The notes below the pieces were generated by a model. That model ran no database searches. It worked only from the letters and a program-made list of their open reading frames with translations, and was not told the DNA's origin. Source: Candidatus Micrarchaeota archaeon (lineage in GTDB: Archaea; Micrarchaeota; Micrarchaeia; Micrarchaeales; Micrarchaeaceae). From it: 64,000 nt of DNA. How positions within the stretch are numbered: position 1 is the stretch's first letter; each line of letters begins with the position of its first letter. Positions 8,788 to 17,639 of the stretch are shown here, piece by piece. Both the position numbers and the translations under genes were made by a program. The stretch lies in NCBI GenBank assembly GCA_021817565.1, contig JAKAUP010000007.1:152497-216496 (forward strand), in the 5' to 3' direction.

Positions 8788-10527
8788 TCATCTTTGAAGA
8801 ATCTTAATCAGCTTATTTAATTCCATCGTGTTTAATACCCTCCCTTTTTCCACCCAGCCTCTCCTTGCAGTTCCCACCCCATATCTTAGATTTTTGAAAT
8901 GGCCTGTAGAATGCGCATCTGAGTTTATTGCAAACCTAACCCCAGTCTCGTATACCTCCATTATGTTCGAATCGCTAATGTCAAGGCGCTCCGGAGAAGC
9001 ATTTATCTCCAGTGCGACATTGTTTGATTTGGCGGCATCCGCAATCTTTTCAATATCAACCGCGTATCCCTCCCGTCCAAGCAGTATGCGGCCGGTTGGG
9101 TGCCCCAAAATGTTTATCGTGCCGCTTTCTATCGCCTTTATAATACGCTTTGTCATCTCATTCCCTTCCATGTTCAGATAAGAATGCACTGAACCAACAG
9201 CGCAATCGAGGCTGCAAAGCATCTCCCTATCCATATCAAGCTCCCCTCCCTTAAGTATATCAATTTCAGCGCCTTTCAATATGCGAAAGCCCTCAAGTTT
9301 CTCGTTAAGTTTATCTACCCTCCTAAAATAATCCGAAAACCTCTTCTCATCCATCCCGTTTGCGACTCTCAGGCTTTTTGTGTGGTTTGTAGTCGCAATG
9401 TAACTGAGCCCAGCCGATCTTGCGGCAGATACCATCTCGTCTATCCCATTCATTCCGTCGGAATCGTTTGTATGGGTATGTAAATCCCCCTTTATATCAT
9501 GTATACCGACTAATTCAGGAAGTTTTCCAGATAGCGCAAGGTCTATTTCGCCTCTGTCCTCCCTCATTTCAGGGGGCATGGGTGCCATACCAAGCTTCTC
9601 GTATATCCATCCCTCTTCCTTTCCGGATGCAAGGTTTCTGCCTTTATTATCGAAAAGTCCGTATTCGTTCAGCTTTAAGCCCTTCCTTATCGCGATGGTT
9701 CTTACCTTTACGTTATGGAACTTGTTCCCGGTAAAGTACTGTAGCGCAGTTCCGAAACTTTTTTCTTCGACCACCCTGAGATCGCAATGTATCCCTATCT
9801 TAAGTTTTACTGTAGTTTTCTTCGGCCCACTAAGCACTACCTCTTCAACGCCGTCCATTCCGGCGAATGTCTTCATTACCATGGCAGACCGTTTGGATGT
9901 TGCAAGTATATCTATATCCCCAACAGTCCCCCTCATTCTCCTTATTGAACCGGCTATCTCCACCCTCACCGCATGTCCGCTTTTAAGGAGGAATTCCCGG
10001 ATTCTCTCCGCCTCAGGCATGGCATCCCCAAGCAGGAGCCTGCCTACATCTGACTCAAGATGCGAAACGCTATCTGCAATAATCCTCTCTGTTTTCTCTC
10101 CAAACCCAGGCAGCTTGTGTATCCTGTGCGAGTCTATAGCTCTTTTCAGTGTTTTTAAATCAGTCACCCCAAGCTTCTCATATAATAGCGCAACACGCTT
10201 AGGTCCGAGCCCTTCTATCCTTGTAAGCGTGTCGAAATCTATCGGGTATTTTCTTTTAAGTTTCTCGTACTTTCTCATCTTTCCCGTGTTTATGTACTCC
10301 TCTATTGATTTTGATATGCCCGCGCCAACACCATCTATCTCCATTAGCCCGGCCACTCCATTCTCCTTGTATATATCCGCAAGATCTTCGTCAAGGGCCT
10401 CTATGCTTAAAGCAGCCCTCCTATAAGCTCTTACCTCAAATCTTATGCCTCCGCTATCATCTATGCTTAGTATATCGGCTATCTGATTCAACATCCTGGC
10501 TATAATCTTGTTGGTGCCGCCGTCCAT
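8788..10527 (-). CDS. polX: Family X DNA polymerase with C-terminal PHP phosphoesterase domain (PolX)
   Basis: N-terminal HhH region (NQIADILSIDD...RFEVRAYRRAALSIEAL), nucleotidyltransferase GSIRRMRGTVGDIDILA, and PHP motifs DLHTHTNDSDG and INSDAHS. Confidence 0.9.
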   Translation of the reverse strand: MDGGTNKIIARMLNQIADILSIDDSGGIRFEVRAYRRAALSIEALDEDLADIYKENGVAGLMEIDGVGAGISKSIEEYINTGKMRKYEKLKRKYPIDFDTLTRIEGLGPKRVALLYEKLGVTDLKTLKRAIDSHRIHKLPGFGEKTERIIADSVSHLESDVGRLLLGDAMPEAERIREFLLKSGHAVRVEIAGSIRRMRGTVGDIDILATSKRSAMVMKTFAGMDGVEEVVLSGPKKTTVKLKIGIHCDLRVVEEKSFGTALQYFTGNKFHNVKVRTIAIRKGLKLNEYGLFDNKGRNLASGKEEGWIYEKLGMAPMPPEMREDRGEIDLALSGKLPELVGIHDIKGDLHTHTNDSDGMNGIDEMVSAARSAGLSYIATTNHTKSLRVANGMDEKRFSDYFRRVDKLNEKLEGFRILKGAEIDILKGGELDMDREMLCSLDCAVGSVHSYLNMEGNEMTKRIIKAIESGTINILGHPTGRILLGREGYAVDIEKIADAAKSNNVALEINASPERLDISDSNIMEVYETGVRFAINSDAHSTGHFKNLRYGVGTARRGWVEKGRVLNTMELNKLIKILQR

Positions 10528-10602
10528 CCAAGAACATTTCTCAAACCAAACATATATACCTTATGAATCATTCCGTTGCCCACTGCGCCATCCAAATATG
10601 CC

Positions 10603-10614
10603 TTTTTATATATT
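10603..10614 (+). promoter_or_regulatory. TATA-like box upstream of the first pilin-like gene (near-leaderless)
   Basis: tttttatatatt ends 18 nt before ATG 10632. This is pattern only, with no transcript data. Confidence 0.3.
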
Positions 10615-10631
10615 CACTCACATTCAATTCT

Positions 10632-11090
10632 ATGCGAGCGCAATCCGCAATGGAATACCTCACAACGTACGGCTGGGCAATACTCATAATAGGCATTGTG
10701 CTCGGAGTATTGTACGCTTCGGGATTCTTTTCCCCAAACGTGACGCCAGAGTGCGTATTTCCCAATTTCTCATGCCTGAGCTACAGCCTATCCGGCTCAG
10801 GATCGATATCGATAAACATAGCACCCAACAACATTGAATATCCGATAAACATAACTGCGGTCGCGTGCAATACGGGAGGAAACCCCACAAACCTAACGAA
10901 AATAAACCCGGAAGTAACGCTCGAGCCGCAACAAAACTTTTCCACAACCGTCGACTGCTACGACAACGGCACCATATTTTCAGGTACAACCGGCAGCGTC
11001 TATGAAGGTTACTTTATAGTAAAGTATATAAGCACCCAAAACGGATTCCCATATACAGAACTCGGGAAGGTAGTTGCCAAGGTGGGATGA
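10632..11090 (+). CDS. Class III signal peptide (type IV pilin-like) protein
   Basis: From the internal ATG: MRA|QSAMEYLTTYGWAILIIGIVLGVL matches the archaeal QxSxEYLxxxG class III signal peptide motif followed by a hydrophobic helix. The C-terminal domain is paralogous to 12017-12481. Confidence 0.75.
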   Translation: MRAQSAMEYLTTYGWAILIIGIVLGVLYASGFFSPNVTPECVFPNFSCLSYSLSGSGSISINIAPNNIEYPINITAVACNTGGNPTNLTKINPEVTLEPQQNFSTTVDCYDNGTIFSGTTGSVYEGYFIVKYISTQNGFPYTELGKVVAKVG

Positions 11091-12016
11091 TAAAAACAAC
11101 ACCTAAAAACAAAGGAATGCTGGGGGGCCAATCGGCAGTAGAATACCTAACGACATATGGCATTGCAATCCTCATAATAGCTATAATAGGTGTAACGATA
11201 TATGGTCTCAACCTACTCAACCCATACTCATTGTCTCCTAAGGCCAACCCATCCAGCTGCCAGGTCACAAGACCTAACGGACCCGGGAGCGACATATTCC
11301 TCGAGTTGGTCGGCCCAAACTGCATGCAGAACGACATACCAGAATACGTAGCGCAGTTCAACGGACAGAGCAGTTACATAAACCTTGGAAATCCAAATTA
11401 TTTCAGCCCAGAAGCGGGAAGCAACGGCGGAAGAATGTCAATATGCGCATGGTACTATATCGTCTCATTGTCCAACTATCACGGATTCCTGCTAAAGGGG
11501 GAAAGCAGTCCGAGCAATGGAAACGGTTGGGAATATGCGATAGGGCAGGGCAGTCAACAGACATATGTGGTATGGACTACAAGTGGTGCAGACATAGCTT
11601 CATACAGCTTTTCGCCTCTGATGACGAAAAGATGGACATTTACATGTTTCACATACAACTATTCCTCAAGTACGGCGTACGTATACATAAACACAACCAG
11701 ATACGCAGCCACATTCTCTCCAGGCACACCAGCATCACAGACAAACGCAAACCTTACAATCGGCGCCGGCGAGAACGGATACTCGAATGTCGAGCTTTCC
11801 AACCTGCAGATATACAACACAACACTCTCTCAGCAGCAGGTTCAGACCATTTATAGTGAAGGCATAGGCGGTGCTCCTATAGATCTTACCAGTCTGGTGG
11901 GCTGGTGGCCCTTGAATGGGAACGCAAAAGACTACAGCGGAAACCAGAACGAAGGGATATCAAACGGGGTAACGTTTATATCAAACTGGGAATCAGGATA
12001 CAGTACACCAAAATAA
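11087..12016 (+). CDS. Class III signal peptide protein with LamG/concanavalin-like domain
   Basis: MIKTTPKNKGMLGG|QSAVEYLTTYGIAILIIAIIG, then a jelly-roll-like body. It ends in LTIGAGENGYSN...LSNLQIYNTTLSQQQVQTIY and WWPLNGNAKDYSGNQNEG, both typical of LamG (Laminin_G_3) proteins. It overlaps the previous gene by 4 nt. Confidence 0.7.
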   Translation: MIKTTPKNKGMLGGQSAVEYLTTYGIAILIIAIIGVTIYGLNLLNPYSLSPKANPSSCQVTRPNGPGSDIFLELVGPNCMQNDIPEYVAQFNGQSSYINLGNPNYFSPEAGSNGGRMSICAWYYIVSLSNYHGFLLKGESSPSNGNGWEYAIGQGSQQTYVVWTTSGADIASYSFSPLMTKRWTFTCFTYNYSSSTAYVYINTTRYAATFSPGTPASQTNANLTIGAGENGYSNVELSNLQIYNTTLSQQQVQTIYSEGIGGAPIDLTSLVGWWPLNGNAKDYSGNQNEGISNGVTFISNWESGYSTPK

Positions 12017-12481
12017 ATGGTTTGCATGAAACTCCAATCCGCAATGGAATACCTCACAACGTACGGTTGGGCGATCTTAATCCTTGCAATAGTTGCGCTC
12101 GTAATAGTGAGTAGCGGCCTTCTCACGCAAAGGCCCACAGACATATGCTCATTCGAATATAACCTCACATGTAGCTCTTATTACATAAACTCTAACGGGA
12201 TTCTGAACATCACGATAGCTCAGAAGACCGGATACAACATAACCGCTACTTACATAGGCTGCGATTCAAACGTGTCCTCCTCTCCAATACTCCTCCCCAT
12301 ATCAGACAATGTTCCGAACGGGGGCAGCTTCAGTTCTACGGTGCAGTGTTATTATGGCGGTAAATACTTCAATAGCAGCATCAGCGGCACATATCAGGGC
12401 TATGTGGTATTGGAATATACAAGCGAGCTAAGCGGCTACCAACACACAAACGTAGGGCGCATAGTATATAACATAGGGTAA
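12017..12481 (+). CDS. Class III signal peptide (type IV pilin-like) protein, paralogue of 10632-11090
   Basis: MVCMKL|QSAMEYLTTYGWAILILAIVALV. The C-terminus ...CYYGGKYFNSSISGTYQGYVVLEYTSELSGYQHTNVGRIVYNIG parallels ...CYDNGTIFSGTTGSVYEGYFIVKYISTQNGFPYTELGKVVAKVG. The start may be the ATG at 12026. Confidence 0.75.
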   Translation: MVCMKLQSAMEYLTTYGWAILILAIVALVIVSSGLLTQRPTDICSFEYNLTCSSYYINSNGILNITIAQKTGYNITATYIGCDSNVSSSPILLPISDNVPNGGSFSSTVQCYYGGKYFNSSISGTYQGYVVLEYTSELSGYQHTNVGRIVYNIG

Positions 12482-12483
12482 AC

Positions 12484-13707
12484 TTAGAGGTAAGCAGATA
12501 TCTTCCTCTGCATGATCACATCTTTGAGCATTGTGCTGTTTCTTATCCATTCGTTTTTTGATATGTCAAACATCCTCTCCACTTCGCCAAGTAGCTCATT
12601 CTTATCATCTAATATCTTTGGCTGCGTGGCGAGCGCCTCTCTGACGTGCTCTCTGACATTCCATACGCCAACAGGCATCATGTATCCATCATGCACTTCT
12701 CTCAGTATCAAAACGGAAGCCTGCACCCTCTTACTCAACAGTTTTTCTGCAACTGCAAGGCGTGCTGCATAATAGCATCCGCCTATCTCGGCATATTTCT
12801 TCCTTCCTTCAAATCCCTCCCAGGAAGAGAATATGGATATCTGGTTTGGGTTCTCGTTCCACGCGGTGTTCGGGTACCACGCCTCTATTGACTCATAGCT
12901 CCACGTTCCAGGCAACAAAGCAATCATCCATCTGTTGTCCAAGGAGGTATGCATGTAAACCTCTATGTGGTCTATTTCGTCCATGCACTTAACATCCGAT
13001 AGCAGCGCCTTTGATATCGTATCGTCTGTGGCAGTGATGCTCCATCTAGTGGGCACCAGCTTTCTCCCCTTTCCCAATCCGAGCGTTCCTGCAGAAAGTG
13101 CCCTGCTTATCTTCGAAATATTTACACCTCTATGGTAAAGGTCAAACATGGCGTCTGACGCAAGCATATCGGTATCTACATATCTGCTTTCAAGCTTCCT
13201 ATCTGTGTTTATGTTCGAAAAGCTCATCCGTGAAACAATGCCGCTAAATCCAAACGGTTCAACAACATCCCCCTTATCCTTCCTGTATGGGCTCAACCTC
13301 TCAAGCTGCATATCCGAATCGACCGGCCTCTCAGAGAGTGCAAGCTCTGTTATACCATCCATTCTTCTATCGTTTCCAAAGTTTTTCACGTCGGTCAGGA
13401 ACATACCTCTCACAAGCCTGAACCGCATACTAAATATCTCTGGTATGCTCTTATGCCTCCACATCTCTGGAGATCCGAGCACCCCGGTATCCCCAAATTC
13501 GTTAGGAACCATCGGTCCGGCAAAAACCTTTGGATAGCCGTATCTCCCTATGAATATGTCGGTTGGCGAAGAACCAGAAATGTTTCTGGTTCCAGAAAGC
13601 CTCTCCATATTCATCCTGTAATATTTGGATATAATACTGGAATCGCGCATGTTGTCATAAACGCCACTTGAACGTTTGACAACGAGACCGTTCCCGAATT
13701 TCTGCAT
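12484..13707 (-). CDS. nreA: Nre-family DNA repair protein (NreA-like) with C-terminal PIP box
   Basis: IFIGRYGYPKVFAGPMVP and GGCYYAARLAVAEKL...REVHDGYMMPVGVWNVREHVREA match my memory of the Nre_N/Nre_C signatures. The last residues QRKISAYL fit the PCNA-interaction motif QxxIxxYL. Confidence 0.65.
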   Translation of the reverse strand: MQKFGNGLVVKRSSGVYDNMRDSSIISKYYRMNMERLSGTRNISGSSPTDIFIGRYGYPKVFAGPMVPNEFGDTGVLGSPEMWRHKSIPEIFSMRFRLVRGMFLTDVKNFGNDRRMDGITELALSERPVDSDMQLERLSPYRKDKGDVVEPFGFSGIVSRMSFSNINTDRKLESRYVDTDMLASDAMFDLYHRGVNISKISRALSAGTLGLGKGRKLVPTRWSITATDDTISKALLSDVKCMDEIDHIEVYMHTSLDNRWMIALLPGTWSYESIEAWYPNTAWNENPNQISIFSSWEGFEGRKKYAEIGGCYYAARLAVAEKLLSKRVQASVLILREVHDGYMMPVGVWNVREHVREALATQPKILDDKNELLGEVERMFDISKNEWIRNSTMLKDVIMQRKISAYL

Positions 13708-13770
13708 ATGTAATCACGGTCAATCAATTATTTATATTTCACCCCCAACCCAAAAAATATAAACCGCACT

Positions 13771-14859
13771 ATGCAATCATTACTGGGTGTATCGATAAGT
13801 ACGTTAAAGGAGAAGCTCCACTCCATATTTGCAAATCAGAAATACGAGGCATTGGTAATAATAAACTCAAGCGAACAGGACAGCAATTTCAAGTATCTTA
13901 CCGGTTTCACAAGCGGAATATTCGAGCAAACGGTGCTCATAGCTGGGCCTGACGGTGCAAAAATCATTGTGAACAAGCTGGAAGAGGAGGTTGCGCGCAA
14001 GCAGGCAGACGGGGCGATTGAAGTCGTGTGTGCCAACCGCGACCTATTACATAATGAATTAAGGAGGCTGCACGGCAAAAAGCTCGGCATAAATGCCTCG
14101 TTCATACCTGTATCGTATGCGAAAATGCTCTCCAAGGTTACCGGGGCAAAGTCGCTGGTTGACGCATCTCAAGACCTGCTCAAGGTTCGTAGCATAAAGG
14201 ACGAGTACGAGATAAAACAGATAAGGAAGGCAGTACGCATAACAAAGGCGGCAATAGAAGAGACGGTAGCAGAACTCGAACCGGGCCAGAGCGAGGAGGA
14301 GGTGGCAGCACGTTTCGAGTACAACCAGGCAAAGCTGGGCGCGCGCATATCATTTCCATCAATCGTTGCGTTCGGGCCGAACGCATCAATGCCGCATTAC
14401 ATGCCTGGCAAGCGCAGGCTTGCCAGTAACGAGGCTGTGCTTTTCGATGTTGGAGGCGTGCAAAATAACTACTGTTCTGACATAAGCCGTACGGTCATAT
14501 TCAAACCAGACAGGCATTCCATCAAGTACAAGAGAGTTTCGGAGATGGTGGAAGTGGTAAAAGAGGCGCAGCAACTGGCGCTCAAGGAGATGTACGAAGG
14601 AAACGATGCGTCATCTCCGCATAATGCCGCTGCATCGTACATAGACAGCTACAAGGACGGAATATACAAGGGAAGGTTCATACACGCGCTTGGGCACAGC
14701 ATAGGTATAGAGGTACATGACGGCCAGACAATACCGTCAAAGATGAGACTGGAGAGAAATATGGTGTTCAGCGACGAGCCCGGAATCTACATACCCAAAT
14801 TCGGAGGCGTTAGATTTGAGGACGATGTGCTCATAGGCAAAAAGAGCCGTTTTCTATAG
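13771..14859 (+). CDS. M24-family Xaa-Pro aminopeptidase/dipeptidase
   Basis: Creatinase-like N-domain plus the M24 pita-bread motifs FDVGG...YCSDISRT, HALGHSIGIEVHD, EPGIY and FEDDVLI. Confidence 0.85.
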   Translation: MQSLLGVSISTLKEKLHSIFANQKYEALVIINSSEQDSNFKYLTGFTSGIFEQTVLIAGPDGAKIIVNKLEEEVARKQADGAIEVVCANRDLLHNELRRLHGKKLGINASFIPVSYAKMLSKVTGAKSLVDASQDLLKVRSIKDEYEIKQIRKAVRITKAAIEETVAELEPGQSEEEVAARFEYNQAKLGARISFPSIVAFGPNASMPHYMPGKRRLASNEAVLFDVGGVQNNYCSDISRTVIFKPDRHSIKYKRVSEMVEVVKEAQQLALKEMYEGNDASSPHNAAASYIDSYKDGIYKGRFIHALGHSIGIEVHDGQTIPSKMRLERNMVFSDEPGIYIPKFGGVRFEDDVLIGKKSRFL

Positions 14860-15768
14860 TCAGCTGGTAGCGATTATCCCGTCTATTATCCCGTTTACGC
14901 CTACCCCTCCTGTTGAACGTACAACGATCCTGTGGCTAAGAATGGGGCGCGCAAGCTTCTTTATGTCATCCACATTTACTTCATTCCTTCCCTCTATCAT
15001 CGCCCTTGCCTTGCCTGCCTTGAGGAAGCTTATCTCGGCCCTCGGACTTCCACCCATCACAACGTGCATGTCGCTCCTCGTCTGGTTGACTATGTTCGTT
15101 ATGTACTTCAGCACATCCTCAGAGACCTTTATATCAGAAACCATCCGCTGCATCTCAAGTATCTCATTAATGGAGAGTACGCGCTCAACCTTTGACTCTA
15201 CCGGCCTGTCCTTTATCTTAAGCATCTCCACTTCCTCATCTATGCTTGGATACCCCACTTCTATCCTCATCAGGAACCTGTCAGCCAGAACCTTTGGTAT
15301 TGGTATTGTACCTTCCACATTGAGCGGGTTCTGCGTGGCAAAGGCAATGAATGGCTGTTTTAGCGGTATTGTCGAGTCCCCAAGCGTGACCTGTCTCTCC
15401 TCCAGGGCTTCGAGCAGTGCGCTCGCGGTTCTTTGGGGAGCCCTGTTCAGTTCGTCTATCAAAAGGATGTTGGTGAAGATTGGTCCCCTCTTCACCTGTA
15501 CCTGATGGTTGCTGTCAACGTATGCGTATCCCACAATGTCCTTGAATTCCAGGTCTGCTGTTCCCTGCACCCTTCCAAAATCAGCTTGGATCGCATCAGA
15601 CATCGCTTTTGACATGGTAGTCTTTGCGACTCCTGGAACTCCTTCCAGCAGCGCATGCCCGTTTGCAACAATCGATATAAACATGAGCTTGAGTACCTCC
15701 TCCTTTCCGGATACTCTCTTCCTTACTTGCTCCACAACCGCCTCATAGCTCTTTTTAGGATCCACCAT
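14860..15768 (-). CDS. MoxR-family AAA+ ATPase
   Basis: Walker A LLEGVPGVAKTT, Walker B/sensor LLIDELNRAPQRTASALLEALEERQVT, and a length of ~300 aa typical of MoxR. No vWA/DUF58 partner is adjacent. Confidence 0.85.
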   Translation of the reverse strand: MVDPKKSYEAVVEQVRKRVSGKEEVLKLMFISIVANGHALLEGVPGVAKTTMSKAMSDAIQADFGRVQGTADLEFKDIVGYAYVDSNHQVQVKRGPIFTNILLIDELNRAPQRTASALLEALEERQVTLGDSTIPLKQPFIAFATQNPLNVEGTIPIPKVLADRFLMRIEVGYPSIDEEVEMLKIKDRPVESKVERVLSINEILEMQRMVSDIKVSEDVLKYITNIVNQTRSDMHVVMGGSPRAEISFLKAGKARAMIEGRNEVNVDDIKKLARPILSHRIVVRSTGGVGVNGIIDGIIATS

Positions 15769-15847
15769 CCCATCACGGTACCTATATAAGTGGTAGGAAG
15801 GTATTTATAATTGTAACAATATCTAATATGGCATTAGAGCAAACAGG

Positions 15848-16189
15848 ATGATGAGAATGATAGGCAAAGAGGCAAAAGAGAAAGGATATGCCAACATAGA
15901 GCAGGTTTACGAGATACTTAAGTCAAGAAAACCAGCTGAGATGAAATATGAACAGCAGGTGGTGCTTGATTACGTTACTAAGTTCAAGGCAAACAAGAAG
16001 ACATACCAAAAAGTGAGTTCCATACTGGAAAGCACAGAGCTGCCGGAGTCGATAAAGTCAAAGATACTCGAGATACTGCCAATGAACGAACCACTGCTCA
16101 AGCAGATCCTTGCAAGCGAGAAGATCTCGTTGGACGACGAGAAAAGAGCCGAACTGCTAAAGGCGATAAACGAGACGCGTGAAGCTTAG
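15848..16189 (+). CDS. rpoF: DNA-directed RNA polymerase subunit Rpo4/F
   Basis: 113-aa helical protein (..VYEILKSRKPAEMKYEQQVVLDYVTKFK...) lying directly upstream of a DUF655 gene, which is the conserved archaeal neighbourhood. Confidence 0.7.
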   Translation: MMRMIGKEAKEKGYANIEQVYEILKSRKPAEMKYEQQVVLDYVTKFKANKKTYQKVSSILESTELPESIKSKILEILPMNEPLLKQILASEKISLDDEKRAELLKAINETREA

Positions 16190-16213
16190 TGTTTTGATGC
16201 TTAACAATAAGGT

Positions 16214-16816
16214 TTGGACATGTACGAGGAGAAGAAGGAGGAATACGCAATTGTGCTTGACTTTATGTCTACTGGCAAGTCATTCTCTACCAGGGCTGAA
16301 CCTATCACCCAGATAATGGGCGAGGACTTCTTTACACTTTTGGAAGCGGTGCCGAAGGAAGGCATTGTGCTCTCGATAGGCGAGAGGGTATACATAGGAA
16401 AGGATAACAGGGAGAAGATATCACTCATAAAATCAAGAATCCCATTCTCACAGCTTACCGAAACAGCAAAATCGACGCTACCAGAGGCGATACACGGAGT
16501 TATAACAGCGCATGAGCAGCGGTTCTCAGACTTCTTCAACAACGCAGGTCCGCTCAACATACGCGAACACTCGCTCGAGCTGCTCCCGGGTATAGGTAAG
16601 AAGAACCTGAATGCGATAATAAATGCAAGGAAGGAAAAGAAGTTTGAAGGCTTTGCGGACATATCCGCGCGCGTTTCATTCATACAGGATCCAGCAAAGC
16701 TCATATCGCGAAGGATAATGACCGAGCTTGAAGGAGGAGAGCGTTTCTACCTATTTACAAAACCGTACCAACCGAGACCGCCGTACCAACCGAGATCCGG
16801 CCCATACAGGCATTGA
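16214..16816 (+). CDS. DUF655-family protein (predicted RNA/nucleotide-binding, HhH C-terminal part)
   Basis: EEYAIVLDFMSTGKSF...AEPITQIMGEDFFTLLEAVPKEG...FFNNAGPLNIREHSLELLPGIGKK is the DUF655 pattern. There is an unusual PYQPRPPYQPRSGPY tail. Confidence 0.75.
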   Translation: MDMYEEKKEEYAIVLDFMSTGKSFSTRAEPITQIMGEDFFTLLEAVPKEGIVLSIGERVYIGKDNREKISLIKSRIPFSQLTETAKSTLPEAIHGVITAHEQRFSDFFNNAGPLNIREHSLELLPGIGKKNLNAIINARKEKKFEGFADISARVSFIQDPAKLISRRIMTELEGGERFYLFTKPYQPRPPYQPRSGPYRH

Positions 16817-17101
16817 TCATACCTTCTCTATATGGGAAGCATGCACTACCAGCTTCTTTTTCGCGCCCATCGTAATAACCTCCACAACATACCCTCTCTT
16901 TCTCCTCTCCGTTATGACACCTATCTTTCCCTTGTAGCGCGGATGCGGTATGTTCCTCACATTGCCCTTTGGGACTATAGCCACACGCTGTCCAATCTCA
17001 AAGTCCTTTATAACGTCCCTCACGCGCTGGGCCGAAGGCCTGTGGTGCCTTGAGAGGTTTCTGCTTCTTTTCGAAAAAAGACCTTTTGAACGCTTTACCA
17101 T
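16817..17101 (-). CDS. rpl21e: 50S ribosomal protein L21e
   Basis: MVKRSKGLFSKRSRNLSRHHR...FEIGQRVAIVPKGNVRNIPHPRYKGKIGVITERRKRGYVVEV is the classic L21e sequence. Confidence 0.9.
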   Translation of the reverse strand: MVKRSKGLFSKRSRNLSRHHRPSAQRVRDVIKDFEIGQRVAIVPKGNVRNIPHPRYKGKIGVITERRKRGYVVEVITMGAKKKLVVHASHIEKV

Positions 17102-17136
17102 TTTAAAACCTCGATATGCAGATACTTAAACATAGG

Positions 17137-17148
17137 AATATATTTATA
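17137..17148 (+). promoter_or_regulatory. TATA-like box for the TBP-like gene (leaderless geometry)
   Basis: aatatatttata is centred ~29 nt upstream of GTG 17172, inside the 70-nt divergent spacer shared with rpl21e. Confidence 0.3.
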
Positions 17149-17171
17149 GATTGGGTTATTAAAAGGTAAGG

Positions 17172-17501
17172 GTGTTTTTTACGTCAAACGATGGCAAGAA
17201 AGAGATAAAGCTGAAACCAACATACAGGATAGTGAACATAGTCGTCAAAGCGAATCTGGCAACAGACCTCGACCTATACCTTATGGGTAGGCTCTCTTTC
17301 GATATAGATTACGAGCCGGAGCAGTTTCCGGGCGCGATATTCAGGGTGCACGATCCGAAGTCAACCATACTCATCTTCAAAAACGGGAAGATCATATGCA
17401 CCGGCACGAAAAAGATGGCAGACGTGAAACGCTCAGTGCAGCATGCGGTAGACCTGGTAAACAAGTACCTGGCCCAGAACCCAAGGCCGGCTTCAAAGTA
17501 A
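17172..17501 (+). CDS. Single-repeat TATA-box-binding-protein (TBP) domain protein, 109 codons
   Basis: [82 protein letters not shown] aligns end to end with one TBP repeat, closest to repeat 2 of Pyrococcus TBP ([35 protein letters not shown]). The start is GTG. An in-frame TAA lies at 17160-17162, so no N-terminal extension is possible. Confidence 0.7.
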   Translation: [109 protein letters not shown]

Positions 17502-17606
17502 CTTTCTGTAAAAGGGATAATAAGCAAGGTTTAAATATTGATATGCTTATAACCTTTACGTCGCTATATTGAAAAATATGGCAGACACCCTATTCTCATC
17601 CACCCA

Positions 17607-17626
17607 GAGGCGTATTTTTACGCCTC
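17607..17626. terminator. Perfect 8-bp hairpin between the convergent TBP-like and trmI genes
   Basis: gaggcgta-tttt-tacgcctc lies 14 nt beyond the trmI stop, with a T-rich tract following on the plus strand. Its function is not demonstrated. Confidence 0.2.
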
Positions 17627-17639
17627 AACTCTTTTCCTT

